Assembly (NCBI GenBank): GCA_964016885.1
Contig: OZ024745.1
Span: 52,204,001-52,268,000, forward strand
Length of the DNA: 64,000 nt
Direction of reading: 5' to 3'
Origin: Eledone cirrhosa
Taxonomy: Eukaryota
The notes beneath the pieces are model-generated. The model saw nothing but the letters and a program-made list of their open reading frames with translations, was not told where the DNA came from and made no database searches. Position 1 is the first letter of the stretch. Each line of letters begins with the position of its first letter. Below are positions 13,820 through 27,170 of this stretch, piece after piece. The position numbers and the translations under genes were made by a program.

Positions 13820-14534
13820 AAAAGAAGTGGGCTCTGTGGTTACTGTAAACAAAGTTTAAGATGGTAATATGGACGAAACAATAGAAGAAACCCTTCAAAT
13901 ACATCGAAATCGATCAGCAGCGCACCCAAGGCTGTTTATCAATCAAAAGCCCCTGAGGGGAAGAAAATAAGATAGCGAAGAGAGAGGAATAAAGAGAAAA
14001 AAGGAAAGAGGAAATAATGAAGTAAACTAAACAATTGGTCGACAATGACACGGGACAATGGCACATGGAAGTGAGTAACCGAGGAGAAAATAGAGAAAGT
14101 TACAATGAACCGATTAGATAAAGTCCTGTGCTGGTCAATATAACTAGGAGCCAAGTTTTTCCTTGCGATCTCAGCAAAATGAGTGTAGATAGAGATAAAG
14201 ATAGACGGAGGAACCGGAAGTGAGAGGGAGAAGAGAAAGAGAGACAATCCAAGCGGGCTGACGACATGTGTGAGACCAGGTCGAAAATGAGCAGATGGAT
14301 AGAAAGAAGGAGAGTGTCGATATGAATGCGTGGTGGGACAACAAATGGAGCAAAAATAGGCAGAGGGGGTTACAGTGGTAAATACAAAATTAAAAGAAAC
14401 GAAGCGGGTTGTGTGGTTACTGTAAACAGAGTTTAAGATGGTAATATGGACAAAAAAGAGAAAAACCCCTTCATCAGCTGTTAACTGCAGAACATAGATG
14501 TTTCGGCGCTTAAAACAGGACAGCGAAATCGATC

Positions 14535-14535
<1 letters not shown>
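13818..14535 (-). repeat. Family E partial tandem unit (period about 577 bp) with rearranged HHR at about 14467-14524
   Basis: GTGGTTACTGTAAAC at 13836 and 14413; homologous to 17420-17865 and 21797-23000. Confidence 0.75.
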
Positions 14536-14727
<192 letters not shown>

Positions 14728-15571
14728 TGCATTTAATACGAACATTTGTGAGATATGTAGTAAAAGACCGATTATATTTTTTCTTATCAAACCAGTACAA
14801 TGTGGTTAAAAAATCCAAGGGAAAATGATCACAAATAAATCCAGACAAAACAACGTAATGTTTTACCCAGTGTATTTCAGCAAGATATCTGGACAATAAC
14901 ACTCTTTTCAGTGGAATATTTAGTATGTATTTAGATTTTTATTGTATATCAACCGCTTACGCGAGTCACACTTAGTATGTATATCCCTGTGAAGGAGAGA
15001 GGAATAGAGACGAAGATAATAATTTAGCATTTTCCTCTCAAAATTAGCATATGATTGACACGTGAACGCCATGGTTTCTCAAAAAGATTTGCATGAGTAC
15101 TAACCTATTCCGTATAAAATATCATGTATTTCTTCCTCGAAGCACCTAATTTATTTTAAAGTTGAATAATACTTTGAAAATTCTTTACATTATCTCTGAC
15201 AAAATCGTTGTTAAATTACTACACATCTATGACTGTTAAGAACTGCCTAGTGGCGATACAAGTCTAATAGCAAGAAAACCTCAATCCCATCATTATGTAA
15301 GAGAATTGAATGATAGATCATGAAATTCTACAAAAGTACAACACGTTTTCACGAATTGATAACACCTGTATCACGATACCTCTAACAAGGAGTAGTTAAA
15401 CAAGTATTCGCCTCCTATAAAACAATTGTGATACACGCCACCACGTACTGAAAACAAAAGATTTCATCTTGAATATCTGACTAATATGAAAACATAAATA
15501 GTCATATATGAAAGGACGAAAGCTAGGACGCAGGTGAACTTGAATAACACACACACACACACACACACATT

Positions 15572-15649
<78 letters not shown>

Positions 15650-15837
15650 TAAAATATGTTTTGAAACAGTGAGCAGGTTTGAAATTAGAAAATAGAATAG
15701 CTTTCACCGTATTTTTTTATTAAAAAAATTTTAGTCTGATAATGGGGTTTAGAACCCTCAGATAAATGGAAAAAACGATGAGGTAGTCGATTAAATCTTA
15801 ACCATTTAACATCTCAGGGTATGTCATGTATCATTAT

Positions 15838-15890
15838 ATTTTGTCTGATGAGGACGTACTGTTGTACATCCGAAATATGTATAATAAAAT
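15838..15890 (+). ncRNA. Minimal type I hammerhead
   Basis: ATTTTGT-CTGATGA-GGACGTAC tgtt GTACATCC-GAAA-TATGTA-TA-ATAAAAT. Confidence 0.8.
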
Positions 15891-16019
15891 GTAATTGATC
15901 AAAATAACATCTATTTTATTAATACTTATATTTTAATATATATATATATATCATATGTCCCAAGGCTCTGATACCATCAAGACTATAAACACAGAGCTGG
16001 CATATTTAAGATCTGACTA

Positions 16020-16075
16020 ACTGCCTGATGAGGACATAGCCATTCAATACCTACCATCGAAATATATATAGCAGT
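16020..16075 (+). ncRNA. Minimal type I hammerhead (stem II degenerate)
   Basis: ACTGC-CTGATGA-...-GAAA-TATATA-TA-GCAGT. Confidence 0.7.
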
Positions 16076-16116
16076 AAATAAAGGATTATGAGTTCATGCA
16101 ATTGACTTATGTTTCG

Positions 16117-16152
<36 letters not shown>

Positions 16153-16157
<5 letters not shown>

Positions 16158-16779
16158 ATACTTGGGGAGGGGTTTATTTGTGTAATATTGCCAGAATTAA
16201 TAACAGAACACACTCACTATTTGGTTGGTTTTCGCTTCTGTGTCTTTTATATCGGTTAATTTAATTTATTCGGTCTTCAATGTTGCCATTGACTGACCAA
16301 CGGTCAAAAATACAGATACATATATATAGTCTATCAAAGTTCTTAATACATTAACCAATACACAGTCACCCAAACAAAAACACACATCAAACAAAACACT
16401 ATACGCAATAAATAAACAGACTAAATAAAGATGGCGTAAACATACAATGCAATGGGAGGAAACATAATAGCAAACTGACGATGTTTCAGATGTGCAACGA
16501 AAGAACTTTGATAGACTATATATATGTGTCTGTGTCTATAATGTATCTGTATTTCTGACCTTTGGTCAGTCAATGGCAACATTGAGGACCGAATAAATAA
16601 AATTAACCGATATAAAAGACACAGAAGCGAAAACCAACCAAACAGTGAGTTTGTTCTGTTATTAATTCATTAATTCTGGCAATATTATCACACAAATATG
16701 ACCCTCCCCAAGTATAACAATATTTGTTTCGACACAGGATTTCTCATCAAAAACTCGCAAAACTAATTCATCGCCGTTA
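16153..16779 (+). mobile_element. Foldback PLE-like element (family F) with a degenerate HHR at 16470-16513
   Basis: Inverted arms 16153-16345 and 16500-16720; CTGACGA-TGTTTCA..TGCAAC-GAAA-GAAC-TT; tail related to 25430-25525; (TA)n on both sides. Confidence 0.7.
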
Positions 16780-16847
16780 TATATATATATATATATATAT
16801 ACATATATTATATGTGTGTATGTGTGCTATGTGTGAGTGTGTATTTA

Positions 16848-17144
16848 TAACAGGTAAAATGATGATTAACATGGATAAACGATATAGTATGGGTTCATTC
16901 TAAGTATTAACATATGTTTCATCGCCTAATAAGCAATTAATTCCTGTCTTGAAACCGCTATCATTAATAGTTGAAATATTGTGAAATTAGATTTTAAATA
17001 CACAAAATAATGCAGTCACTAGGTAAATTATCAACATAGTGATGATTAGTATTAATTGCCCATTAGCTGGTGAAACATATATTAATGCTAGAATAAAACC
17101 GTATTATATCGCTTATCCGTGTTAATCATCCTTTTACCTGTTAT
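16848..17144. repeat. Foldback (inverted arms of about 95 bp) with a decayed HHR-like motif at about 17035-17090
   Basis: TAACAGGTAAAA...GCAATTAAT mirrored by ATTAATTGC...TTTTACCTGTTA; GTGATGA...GAAA-CATATA-TT. Confidence 0.6.
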
Positions 17145-17346
17145 TACAACTCCAAGAATTATCGGAACTTTCAGGAATCTACCGTCTGAAAAACGTAAGT
17201 AAACATCTTGTAGAGTCAATTAGCACCGTACGCTGAAATTATGCTCAATACAGATTTCTTGCAACCTGAGCTTAGGTAACCTTAAAGGATATTTCGTTTA
17301 CTTTGATATATATATATATCGAAGTTATATATATATATTATATATC

Positions 17347-17419
<73 letters not shown>

Positions 17420-17422
<3 letters not shown>

Positions 17423-17865
17423 TCTCTCTCTGCACTCACTTTTCTGAGATCACCACGGAAAGATCCTGCTCCGCAGTTATTCGGCCACGGGGCCTATACC
17501 CATCGGTACAGTATAACTTATTCTATTTTCTCCTCGGTTAGTTACTTACATGTGCCATTGCCCTGTGTTCCTCCTTCTATTTGGTATGTTTACTTCGTTT
17601 TCTCGTTTTTCTTTTTTTTTTCTTCCGTTTTTCTTTTTTCCTCTCTCTTCACTATCACTTCTTTCCCTAATGGCCTTTTGATGGATAAATTGCCTCGGGC
17701 GCGCTACGGATCGATGTCCTGTTTTGAGCGACGAAACATCTATGATCCGTAGTAAACTGTTGATAAAGGGCAACTTTTCTTCTATTATTTACATCCCTAT
17801 TACCTTTGTTTTCACTAACATTTTCATTAACACTTTGTTTTCAGTAACCACACAGCCTGCCACTT
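17420..17865 (+). repeat. Family E unit with rearranged HHR at 17704-17770
   Basis: Reverse-complement homology to 14040-14105; pyrimidine-rich; lies between (TA)n and (CA)n. Confidence 0.7.
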
Positions 17866-17885
17866 TACACACTCACACACACACA

Positions 17886-18050
<165 letters not shown>

Positions 18051-20178
18051 CTTCGATAGTTTTCTGCCAATATCGGACCTGAAGTTATGTGTGTATGTGA
18101 TCTCGGACAACTTTGGAATCGGGGCTTATTTGAATATCTTCAAGGTAAGGTGAAAGACTGTTCTACTTACACATATAGACATATACACACGCCTCCCCCC
18201 ATATATATATATGTATTTATATGCTTGTATAAATGTGAACGTGACTCTATTTCTATGCATTTGCATGTGCGTGTGTTCTGAGTCATGTAAATCGTATTCA
18301 CGTGAAAATATATTTAGAGTGGAGAGATTTTTAGTTTGTACAATAATGAAATAGATATATTTGATTAAATAGTAATTACATTTTTTCAAAAACATCGCTG
18401 GTTTCCTTTGTAACATTGAAGTACCTTGCTATTCATAAACACATTGGTATCTCCATACATTTTCCGCGATTCATATTTAAAATATCGTTGCTAAAACTAA
18501 TTTACATACATAGCAACATACACACTTGCAGACTTATACACATATATGCCAGTAGTAATCTCTGTATATTCTAACGCTTTTTACCTTTCTATGCATTGCT
18601 AGATTCTAATATTTATGTATGTATATGAAATTTAATTATTTCAAATTTTTTTTCGTTTAAATTTATGGAGAAACATCTCATTTTTTGGTCCAGTGAATCG
18701 TCTATTCCAAAATCCAAATCGATAGTGTTTTCAGTTTTACGGTATGTCAGTAACGTTTAGTTAATTAATACAATATGTTTCGCGATTTAACTTTATACAC
18801 AACGTCATATTAGATCTTGAATGTATTGGTACAATCTTGTTTGTATTTCAATATAGTTTCTGCTTGTAGAATAATTCATATATATTTTGCTATTCTCGAG
18901 ATTAAACACGTTTCAGTCTAACAGACACCCGTATAGTATTTTGATACATGCCTTATGAAACATGCAGAATGATGTATGTTTTGATAAGAATGCGACAGAA
19001 CGAAAGACCTTTGGCTACTCCTCACAATTACTATGGCACATTTATTTTCTCCACTTAATCCTAAATATTAATTACAAAATTGAGTGTACGTGTATATTTC
19101 GCATATTTACAGTATAAGATACAGCAATTCTATGGGAAATTCAATTTTGTATTCACTAAATTAGAAGAAATAACAAACATTCTTATTAACAAAATCGCTG
19201 TAATTTTTTAAGAAATGAAATTAACTTTCGTCCGGAGATACAGTGTATTTTTTAAGTACAATCACATTTCGGGTGTATATATTCATCTCAAAGATTTTAA
19301 TGGGGTAATCATTTGAAATATACAATTGTCTATGGTAACCAGAAGTGTTCAAGGTAACTTTGTTTATTGTAGCTGAGGATAAAACACGAATTGTATGCTT
19401 CTTAATAAATAAGCGAAGACATAATACACTAAAACACACAACCAATTTTTATTCATATATTGATATATTTATCTTATGCAAATTGAGATTACGAACAAAT
19501 CGAATATCTAATAAAAAAAAAACCCGTCTATGCTCGCAATCAACATATCTATTATTCAACATTCAACATATGAACATTACATGCATACACACATGATATC
19601 AGAAACAATATTTCAAGCATTTGTTAATTTTTTCTTAAATAACAAAAAATAATGTGATCAGATATTTTAGTAAGGCAATCACCTACAAAATTTGAAAGGT
19701 GAAGGTTTTATTATGATAATCAGAATGCACGAAAATGTAGCTGATATAAATATTTCAGTGGAATTTTCTGGGTACTAAATGAAATAATATGCCAACTCAC
19801 ATGTATATATAGTAACTGAATATTTCAAATGTAATTATCTCTGCATCGAAGCTATCTATAAAATATAAATTTCGTCTATTCTACATGTTTGTATTTTCCA
19901 AAACAGCGAATTGAACGATAATTCTGCAATCATATCACTGCTTCTTTTTTCAATGTTAAGATACCCAGAGGGACGTTTTGTCATCTAGCATTGATAGCAT
20001 GAATAATCTCAGTTAATCGAAGTGTTCATCTAAATAGTTGCAGGTGTGAATGGCTACCGTCTATGTAGCAAGATTATTTGAAGATAGACATAATAATTAC
20101 CAAATAATCATGAAAATATTTAAAACTATATGTACGTGTATGAATTAATGCCCGCATACTGACATCCACACTCATACT

Positions 20179-20216
<38 letters not shown>

Positions 20217-21796
20217 ACCAATTATATATATATATATATGTTTGTATGTGCTTTCGCGCGTATGTAAATGTATACAGAATTGATATAGATGTTTCATAAT
20301 GTAATATATGTTGATTTGGTGAGTTTGTTTTATATTTTGCACAAAGCAGTTAAACAAATTAGACCGATTACAGCTATATATTATCGATACCTCTTACAAT
20401 ATCGATATACCATGTCGGTGAATGAAACAAATTATTAAGATATGATGTTATGTACGCAGACCAATAAAACAATTATGAGACAACTGGTTCCATTGCAATA
20501 TATCCTGCGTACTGACGTTTTTCCAGACGTTTCAAGCAATCATCTTGAAACCAAGAAGAGGCATACATAGAAACAGATTGCAATGATCCTCTGTCTCAGG
20601 ACTACGTTAATTCTTGATTAATATGTTGCATACTCACCCTTTCTCCATTATTATTCAATTAGTAGTTATTTTATATGGTCGAACAAGCCGGGTACTTATT
20701 ATATGAATAAACGATGGAGCATTTACTTCATCTTTCCTCTAACGTATCAATGGAAACGCTAAATTCCGAACTTCTTTTTTCACCTTGGCATTATATTCTG
20801 AATTATAGAGTAGAATATGTACGAAATAGATTTGAACTGATTTGTCAAAGTAGCTTTCTGTGCTGTTAAGCTTTCTTTATAACACTGAAAACCCTTATGT
20901 GATAACACCAAGGCGTTTGCATATCTATGTTCATTTCCCGATGATTTGTGGCGCAAATACACCTTGCGGTGCAAATACATGATTTATGAAAACTAAAGTA
21001 ATTATAGAAACCTAGGAAAACCGATATGATCTGAAAGGAAATCAATTGAAAGCTAGTATTTAAAAGCACAAGGCCTAATCCGTGAAAACTACTTGTAATG
21101 TAATTCCGATATTTTATAAGCACAGCGAAAGAGTAAATATGTTCGAAAGAGATTCAATGCACAGGAATGGAACAAAAGTTGATGTAAGATATTTTACCTA
21201 CAGAGGTTTATTTAGTTTTATTTGATTTTGCGCGAGGATATAACGGTATGAATTAAAGAGCTTTAAAAATTTGATTTGTGGATGAGAAAATATTGCTTTG
21301 CTTCTGTTTCATCCCCTACGAACAGTGGTGGAGTGGCCAGGTTACCAAGTTGACCAATGACAAGTGGGCACCAGGTGACCCACGGTAGCATTGCAGGGCC
21401 CACTATAGTATTTTACGGGCCAATGATTTGCTTTCAAGAAATACCCGGTCTGAGAGAAAGAATGCATTAAAAAATAAATAAATAAAACAATTAAGCAAAG
21501 CATTTGGTCAACCAATTTCCCAGAGAATTAATAGAAACCAAAATTTATGATAGTGTAAACAGCTGCAATCTGTGGTGGTACATTGTACTAAATATAAAGT
21601 TTAGTTTATTCGTTCATGTAAACATACATATAACACACACAAAAGCATATATATACACATACACACGAACTACTGACCAAGTAATGTTTGGTATCAATGG
21701 GTTAAAGACATCTGTCAAATCAATTGGTAATATATATATATATATATATAGTGACGAAACATAAGTCAATTGCATGAACTCATAATCCTTTATATA

Positions 21797-22457
21797 TACA
21801 AAAAGTTATGAAACGAGAGGAGCTGAGTGGCTACTAAAAACAAGGTTTAGGATGGTGGTTAGGACGGGAATGGAGGAGAAAGGAAGAAAGGAGTTTCCAT
21901 CGTCAGCTGTAAATCTATCCCGAACCGATGTTTCGGCGCTGAATTACAGGACATCGATGTAGTTCGGGTGCGCACGATGCCTTTTATTAATCAAAAGACC
22001 AGGTGGAAAAGGAGAGAGAAAAAAAGGAGAGAGAAAAGCAAAGAGAGGGAAAGGAGGAAGAACAGGGGGGAAAAGATGCGGAGAGAGGGAGAGCGGGGGA
22101 AATTAGGAAAGGAATGGAAGAAAAAAGTGTACTGATCCCATCGTCGGAAGACACAGGTGAAAGAAACGAGCAAAAAAGTAACCGTGGAAAAATAGGGAAA
22201 GTAAGTTGTGGCCAACCTGGGAGACATTAGCCTGGTAGTCAGCTACGACTCAGGGCTGGTATAATTATGCTGCCTCTCGCATAGACAGGACAAAATGAGA
22301 GAGAGACACAGGCAACAAAAGTGAGGAGCAGAAGGGAAGGGAGATAATCGAAAAGGATTTTTTTACGACGGTGTTAAAAAGGTGCCGCAAAAAATTGCGG
22401 ACAGAGAGGCCACCACGGCACGTGTAAACATGTCAACAATCAAAACCGAACGGATGA

Positions 22458-22508
<51 letters not shown>

Positions 22509-23000
22509 AAAAAACGAGAGTGTCGAGGAGAAGGGAAGAGAGAAGGTAGGGTCGATACGAAAGTGTGGATGGTACACAGATCGACCAAAGCAGGTAGGGT
22601 CACAGCGGTAAATACAAAAAGTTATGAAACGAAAGGAGCTGTGTGGTTACTAAAAACAAGGTTTAGGATGGTGGTTTGGACGGAACAGGAGGATAAAGGA
22701 AGAAAGGGTTTCCATCGTCAGCTGTAAATGTATACCGCACCGATGTTTAGGCGCTGAATTACAGGACATCGGTATAGTTCTGGTGCGCCCGAGGCCTTTT
22801 ATTAATCAAAAGGCCAGGTGGAAAAGGAGAGAGAAAAGGAAAAAGGGGGAAAAGAGGCAGAACAGGGGGTAAAGATGAGGAGAGAGGGAGAAAGGGAAAA
22901 ATAGGAAACGAATAGAAGAAAAAAAAGTGTACAGATCCCATCGTGCGAAGACACAGGTGAAAGAAACATGCAAAAAAGTAACCGTGAAAAATAAAAAAAA
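21797..23000 (-). repeat. Family E partial tandem (period about 815 bp), rearranged HHRs at about 21897-21972 and 22712-22790
   Basis: About 21797-22195 is repeated at 22612-22995. Confidence 0.8.
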
Positions 23001-24764
23001 GAGAATCAGTGTTGCGACGAAATAAATTTATTTGACATATTACAAATGTTTCTCGGGCGATCAGTTCGATGCACGATTGATATGGTGATCATACCTGACT
23101 CTGAAATCAACACGGTCGATAGATATGTCTCGATTCTACGAAACAGATTTCCTATCGTCCTTTAACATCGAATTTCTTCGTTTGTTGATTTAGATCCTGT
23201 TGTTGTCCGTCTATGAGTGGACAATAATTGTACACGTCATCGGTATTTCTAGCCACTTATGGTTGCCCACTGCTTGCTTCCTCTCGTTCTCCACCTGACA
23301 ATCAAAATTTCTTCATGTATCAGAATTACTACTGTGGTGGGAAAGGGGTTGTAATGTTGAACGGCTGGCATCACTTCGTCGTCTTCATTGTTCCTACGCG
23401 TCTTAGTCTACGTCGGTCAGGTACACACCCGCAATTATCCTGTATGCGGCATTCACCATAAATTATGTATTGCGGGAATTAAAAAAGAAAAAAAATCATG
23501 GGGATATTTAGAGTAACATTAGTGCGACACAGCCTTAGTATACACTCCGCCATACATATTTCGAAAGGAAAGGAGAAAGGAAAAGAAAGAACCTGTAGCA
23601 AGAACATTTAAAAAAAACAAAACGTTTATAAAAAAAGAAACTTTCAACAACCATTCGAACGGAGGGCTATATCAAAGATGTTTTCAACAAATAGACCCAA
23701 TTCTACACTCACACACTGGACTCAGGGTAGCGTGCGTAGCCAAGACGCCGCACACTTATATAGACAGATGGGAAAAGAAAGCTCCATGGAAAGTCATCCG
23801 TACCCCAAGCAAACATGCTTAGACAAATACATCGTACCATGCATGCACACACCCGTGCTCATGCATATCTGTGTGGGCACGCATACACACCGGGTCCTCA
23901 AGACCGGCTGCATATACTTGGTGAGTACCCCCCCCCACACGTCCCCCCACGCGCCGCTGCCCAGATGGTGCACACAGTATTGTATGAGACAACACGTTTG
24001 AGGCCCTGACCCAACTTGATCACGTGGCGGTGTGAGTCGTAGGGTGTCTGCACAATATGCCTACATGGTACGGCAGCACACAATCCCTGAACTAATCGCA
24101 TATAGCGTGGGTGGCCCATATATAGGAAAAACCCTGTGTGTACACAACATAAAATAATGAAATAGTATAGAATTATGAAATAAAAAATAAAATACAATAA
24201 AATAAAATGCTAGCAAAAGAGAATGCATACATGACAGGGATGGAGATTATCGAGGTGTGCTTAAAATTTCATACAATAGTTGTGGGCTGTGGTGCAAATG
24301 TTTATATGGTATTCATGTGGGCTGTTGGGCTAAGGCACTGGGTAGGAGCCTGCGCATGATGCAGGTCTCGTTGCTTGTGGGTAGGTGGGGGGCGTGCGTG
24401 CGTGCACAAACAAGTTATATATATTGTGGTTATGTGTAACATCCATTTCATAAACGTATATATGAGATGTGCATGGGTTTAGTGCATACATGGAATATAA
24501 AGGGTATGTGCTTCATAACAATATATATGGAATGCACGTGGAGTGTATGCATGATGTAATGTGCCAGCAGAAATGCGTTGTGTGTGTGTGTATATCGGCG
24601 GCATGGAACGACAAAATTAAAACAAAATATTGTCTTCCTGTCTTCCTTCGGTTGTAACGTTTTTCCAAATATTTACTTCTGCGTTCACAGATTGGTTTTT
24701 TTAGTTTCAGAAGATCCCGTTAACAGTGAAAGCAGCGATTATTTGCTTAAAGTTTAACCTGTCA

Positions 24765-24857
<93 letters not shown>

Positions 24858-24861
<4 letters not shown>

Positions 24862-25524
24862 AGACTTTGGGAGGGTCATGTTGCCAATAAGAAACACACG
24901 CACCTGTTGCTTTCACTTCAATTTATTATAATTAAATTTATAAATTTATGAATTTATTAATTTCCGGCTGGTTGGTTGGTTCCACAACCAGACGACTGTT
25001 CATATATTGTCAAGGTTCTTTCTTCACACATTATGTAACCTCTTCAGTGACTGGGGATTCTTTTCTTTGTTTTGTGCCTCTCCTTTGTTCTGTCCTACGC
25101 CATCTTGTAGGGATTGTGTGCTGCCGTACCATGTAAGCATATAGTGCAGACACCCTTCGACTCACACCGCCACGTGATCAGGTTGGGTCAGGGCCTCAAA
25201 TGCGTTGTCTCATACAAGATGGCGTAGGGCAGAACAAAGGAGACGCACACAAACAAAGAAAATAATCCCCAGTCACTGAAGAGGTCACATAATGGGTGAC
25301 GAAAGAACTTTGACAATATATGAACAATCGGCTGGTTGTGGAACCAACCAGCCAACCGGAAATTTATAAATTCGTAAATTTATGAATTTAATTTATAATA
25401 AATTGAATTGAATGCGACGAGTGCGTGTGTTTCTTATTGGCAACATGACCCTCCCAAAGTATAACAATATCGGTTTCTACACACGTTTTCAGATTAAGAA
25501 TCTTGCTAAATAAATTCAGAAATG

Positions 25525-25526
<2 letters not shown>
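24858..25526 (+). mobile_element. Foldback PLE-like element (family F) between (TA)n tracts
   Basis: About 250-bp inverted arms 24858-25109 and 25213-25478 around a loop of about 105 bp. Confidence 0.8.
25272..25314 (+). ncRNA. Minimal type I hammerhead
   Basis: GTCA-CTGAAGA-g-GTCAC ataatgg GTGAC-GAAA-GAAC-TT-TGAC. Confidence 0.75.
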
Positions 25527-25595
<69 letters not shown>

Positions 25596-26869
25596 ATGAA
25601 TCTCCAGATTCTAGCCATTGAACAGTTAATTTTCTTGATTTTTTTAGTTGATTCTATTGACTGATGAATAGCTTATGTTAACTTATAACCATACTGTTGA
25701 GAGCTTAATTCGTTTTGTGATGTTTTGCATTCTTGCAATAATATACACAACTGAATTCATCCGCCTAAAATAAGGGTTGCCTCCCTTGCCGAGCCTCCAC
25801 GTGGGGTCAGTAACGGTCATTCCTTAAATTAGCACTCGAACTAAAACCTGTTGAAAAAGTGGCTTCCTTCTTCAATCATCCTACCAGAAGCCTAACATTA
25901 TTTGTGTAAGCGGACAGTACTTGATATAGGAGTCGTAGAAATCCAAATGCTGGATTTTACCAACCATCCAGGAGTCCGGGTAAATTTTCAAACACATATA
26001 TTTTTATTTGTTTGACCCGAATTACTTGGTCGCTTTTATGGCTATGCGGATGATTGTTTAACCATCGTCTCAGTGTGTTTGGCCTTTAACGTATGTTGTA
26101 GCTCTGGTTCATGTGAATTATTGAGCGCTTGCCACACATCTCGGAAGTTGTTTTTCGTTAATTCCTAAGCCGAAATACGATTCTCGCTAATTTATATTTA
26201 TATATATATATATGCATTGAGTGAGTGTGAAAGACCAAAAGTCATTATTCAAAGTCTCAACATTTCGAAGAATACATAATATTTTTTAATGTAGAATGTA
26301 AGATATTTTTCCTCAAAAATTTCATTTCACTGTTTTGTTTCCATTTATGTATTTTTTGAAAATGTTATTTATTCATTATAAAATTAAATGATAGCATTCC
26401 ATATGTAGGTGCACCCCCTTCACCTCCTGACAACCAATATGTTTAGACCCTGTCCGCTACTGTAGTTTATGAAGCGCCACTGTAGTTTAGGAAAGTATAG
26501 AGTTTGAACTTTTCTATTCTACACCAGTCATTAAGTTCTGGTGTGTCGTCATTCCTTTTTGTGAATCTGAGATCGTTCCAGTTCTATAATACACTAAAAG
26601 GAAATATCACAGTGGATAATAGAATTCAAATTGAGTCGCGTTTATCTAGAGAAAAAAATTCAGGAAGATATACTCGGCTATGAATCTCATTCAGACCATC
26701 CCAAGTGTAATTTCTTTTCTTCTCACGCATACTGATGCACATTCGATTCTCTTTATGGGAGGTATATTAACTGCTATTAAAATATTTTCTTTGGCCCAAA
26801 TACTGCGAAAGACTAGTTCTATTTTCCAACGAAATTTTAAATCGCCACCGTATTCTGGAACACACATAC

Positions 26870-27170
<301 letters not shown>

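Noticed and set aside
23030-23460. GC-richer, coding-looking stretch on the minus strand
   Set aside because: Stops in the frames examined and no recognisable motif.
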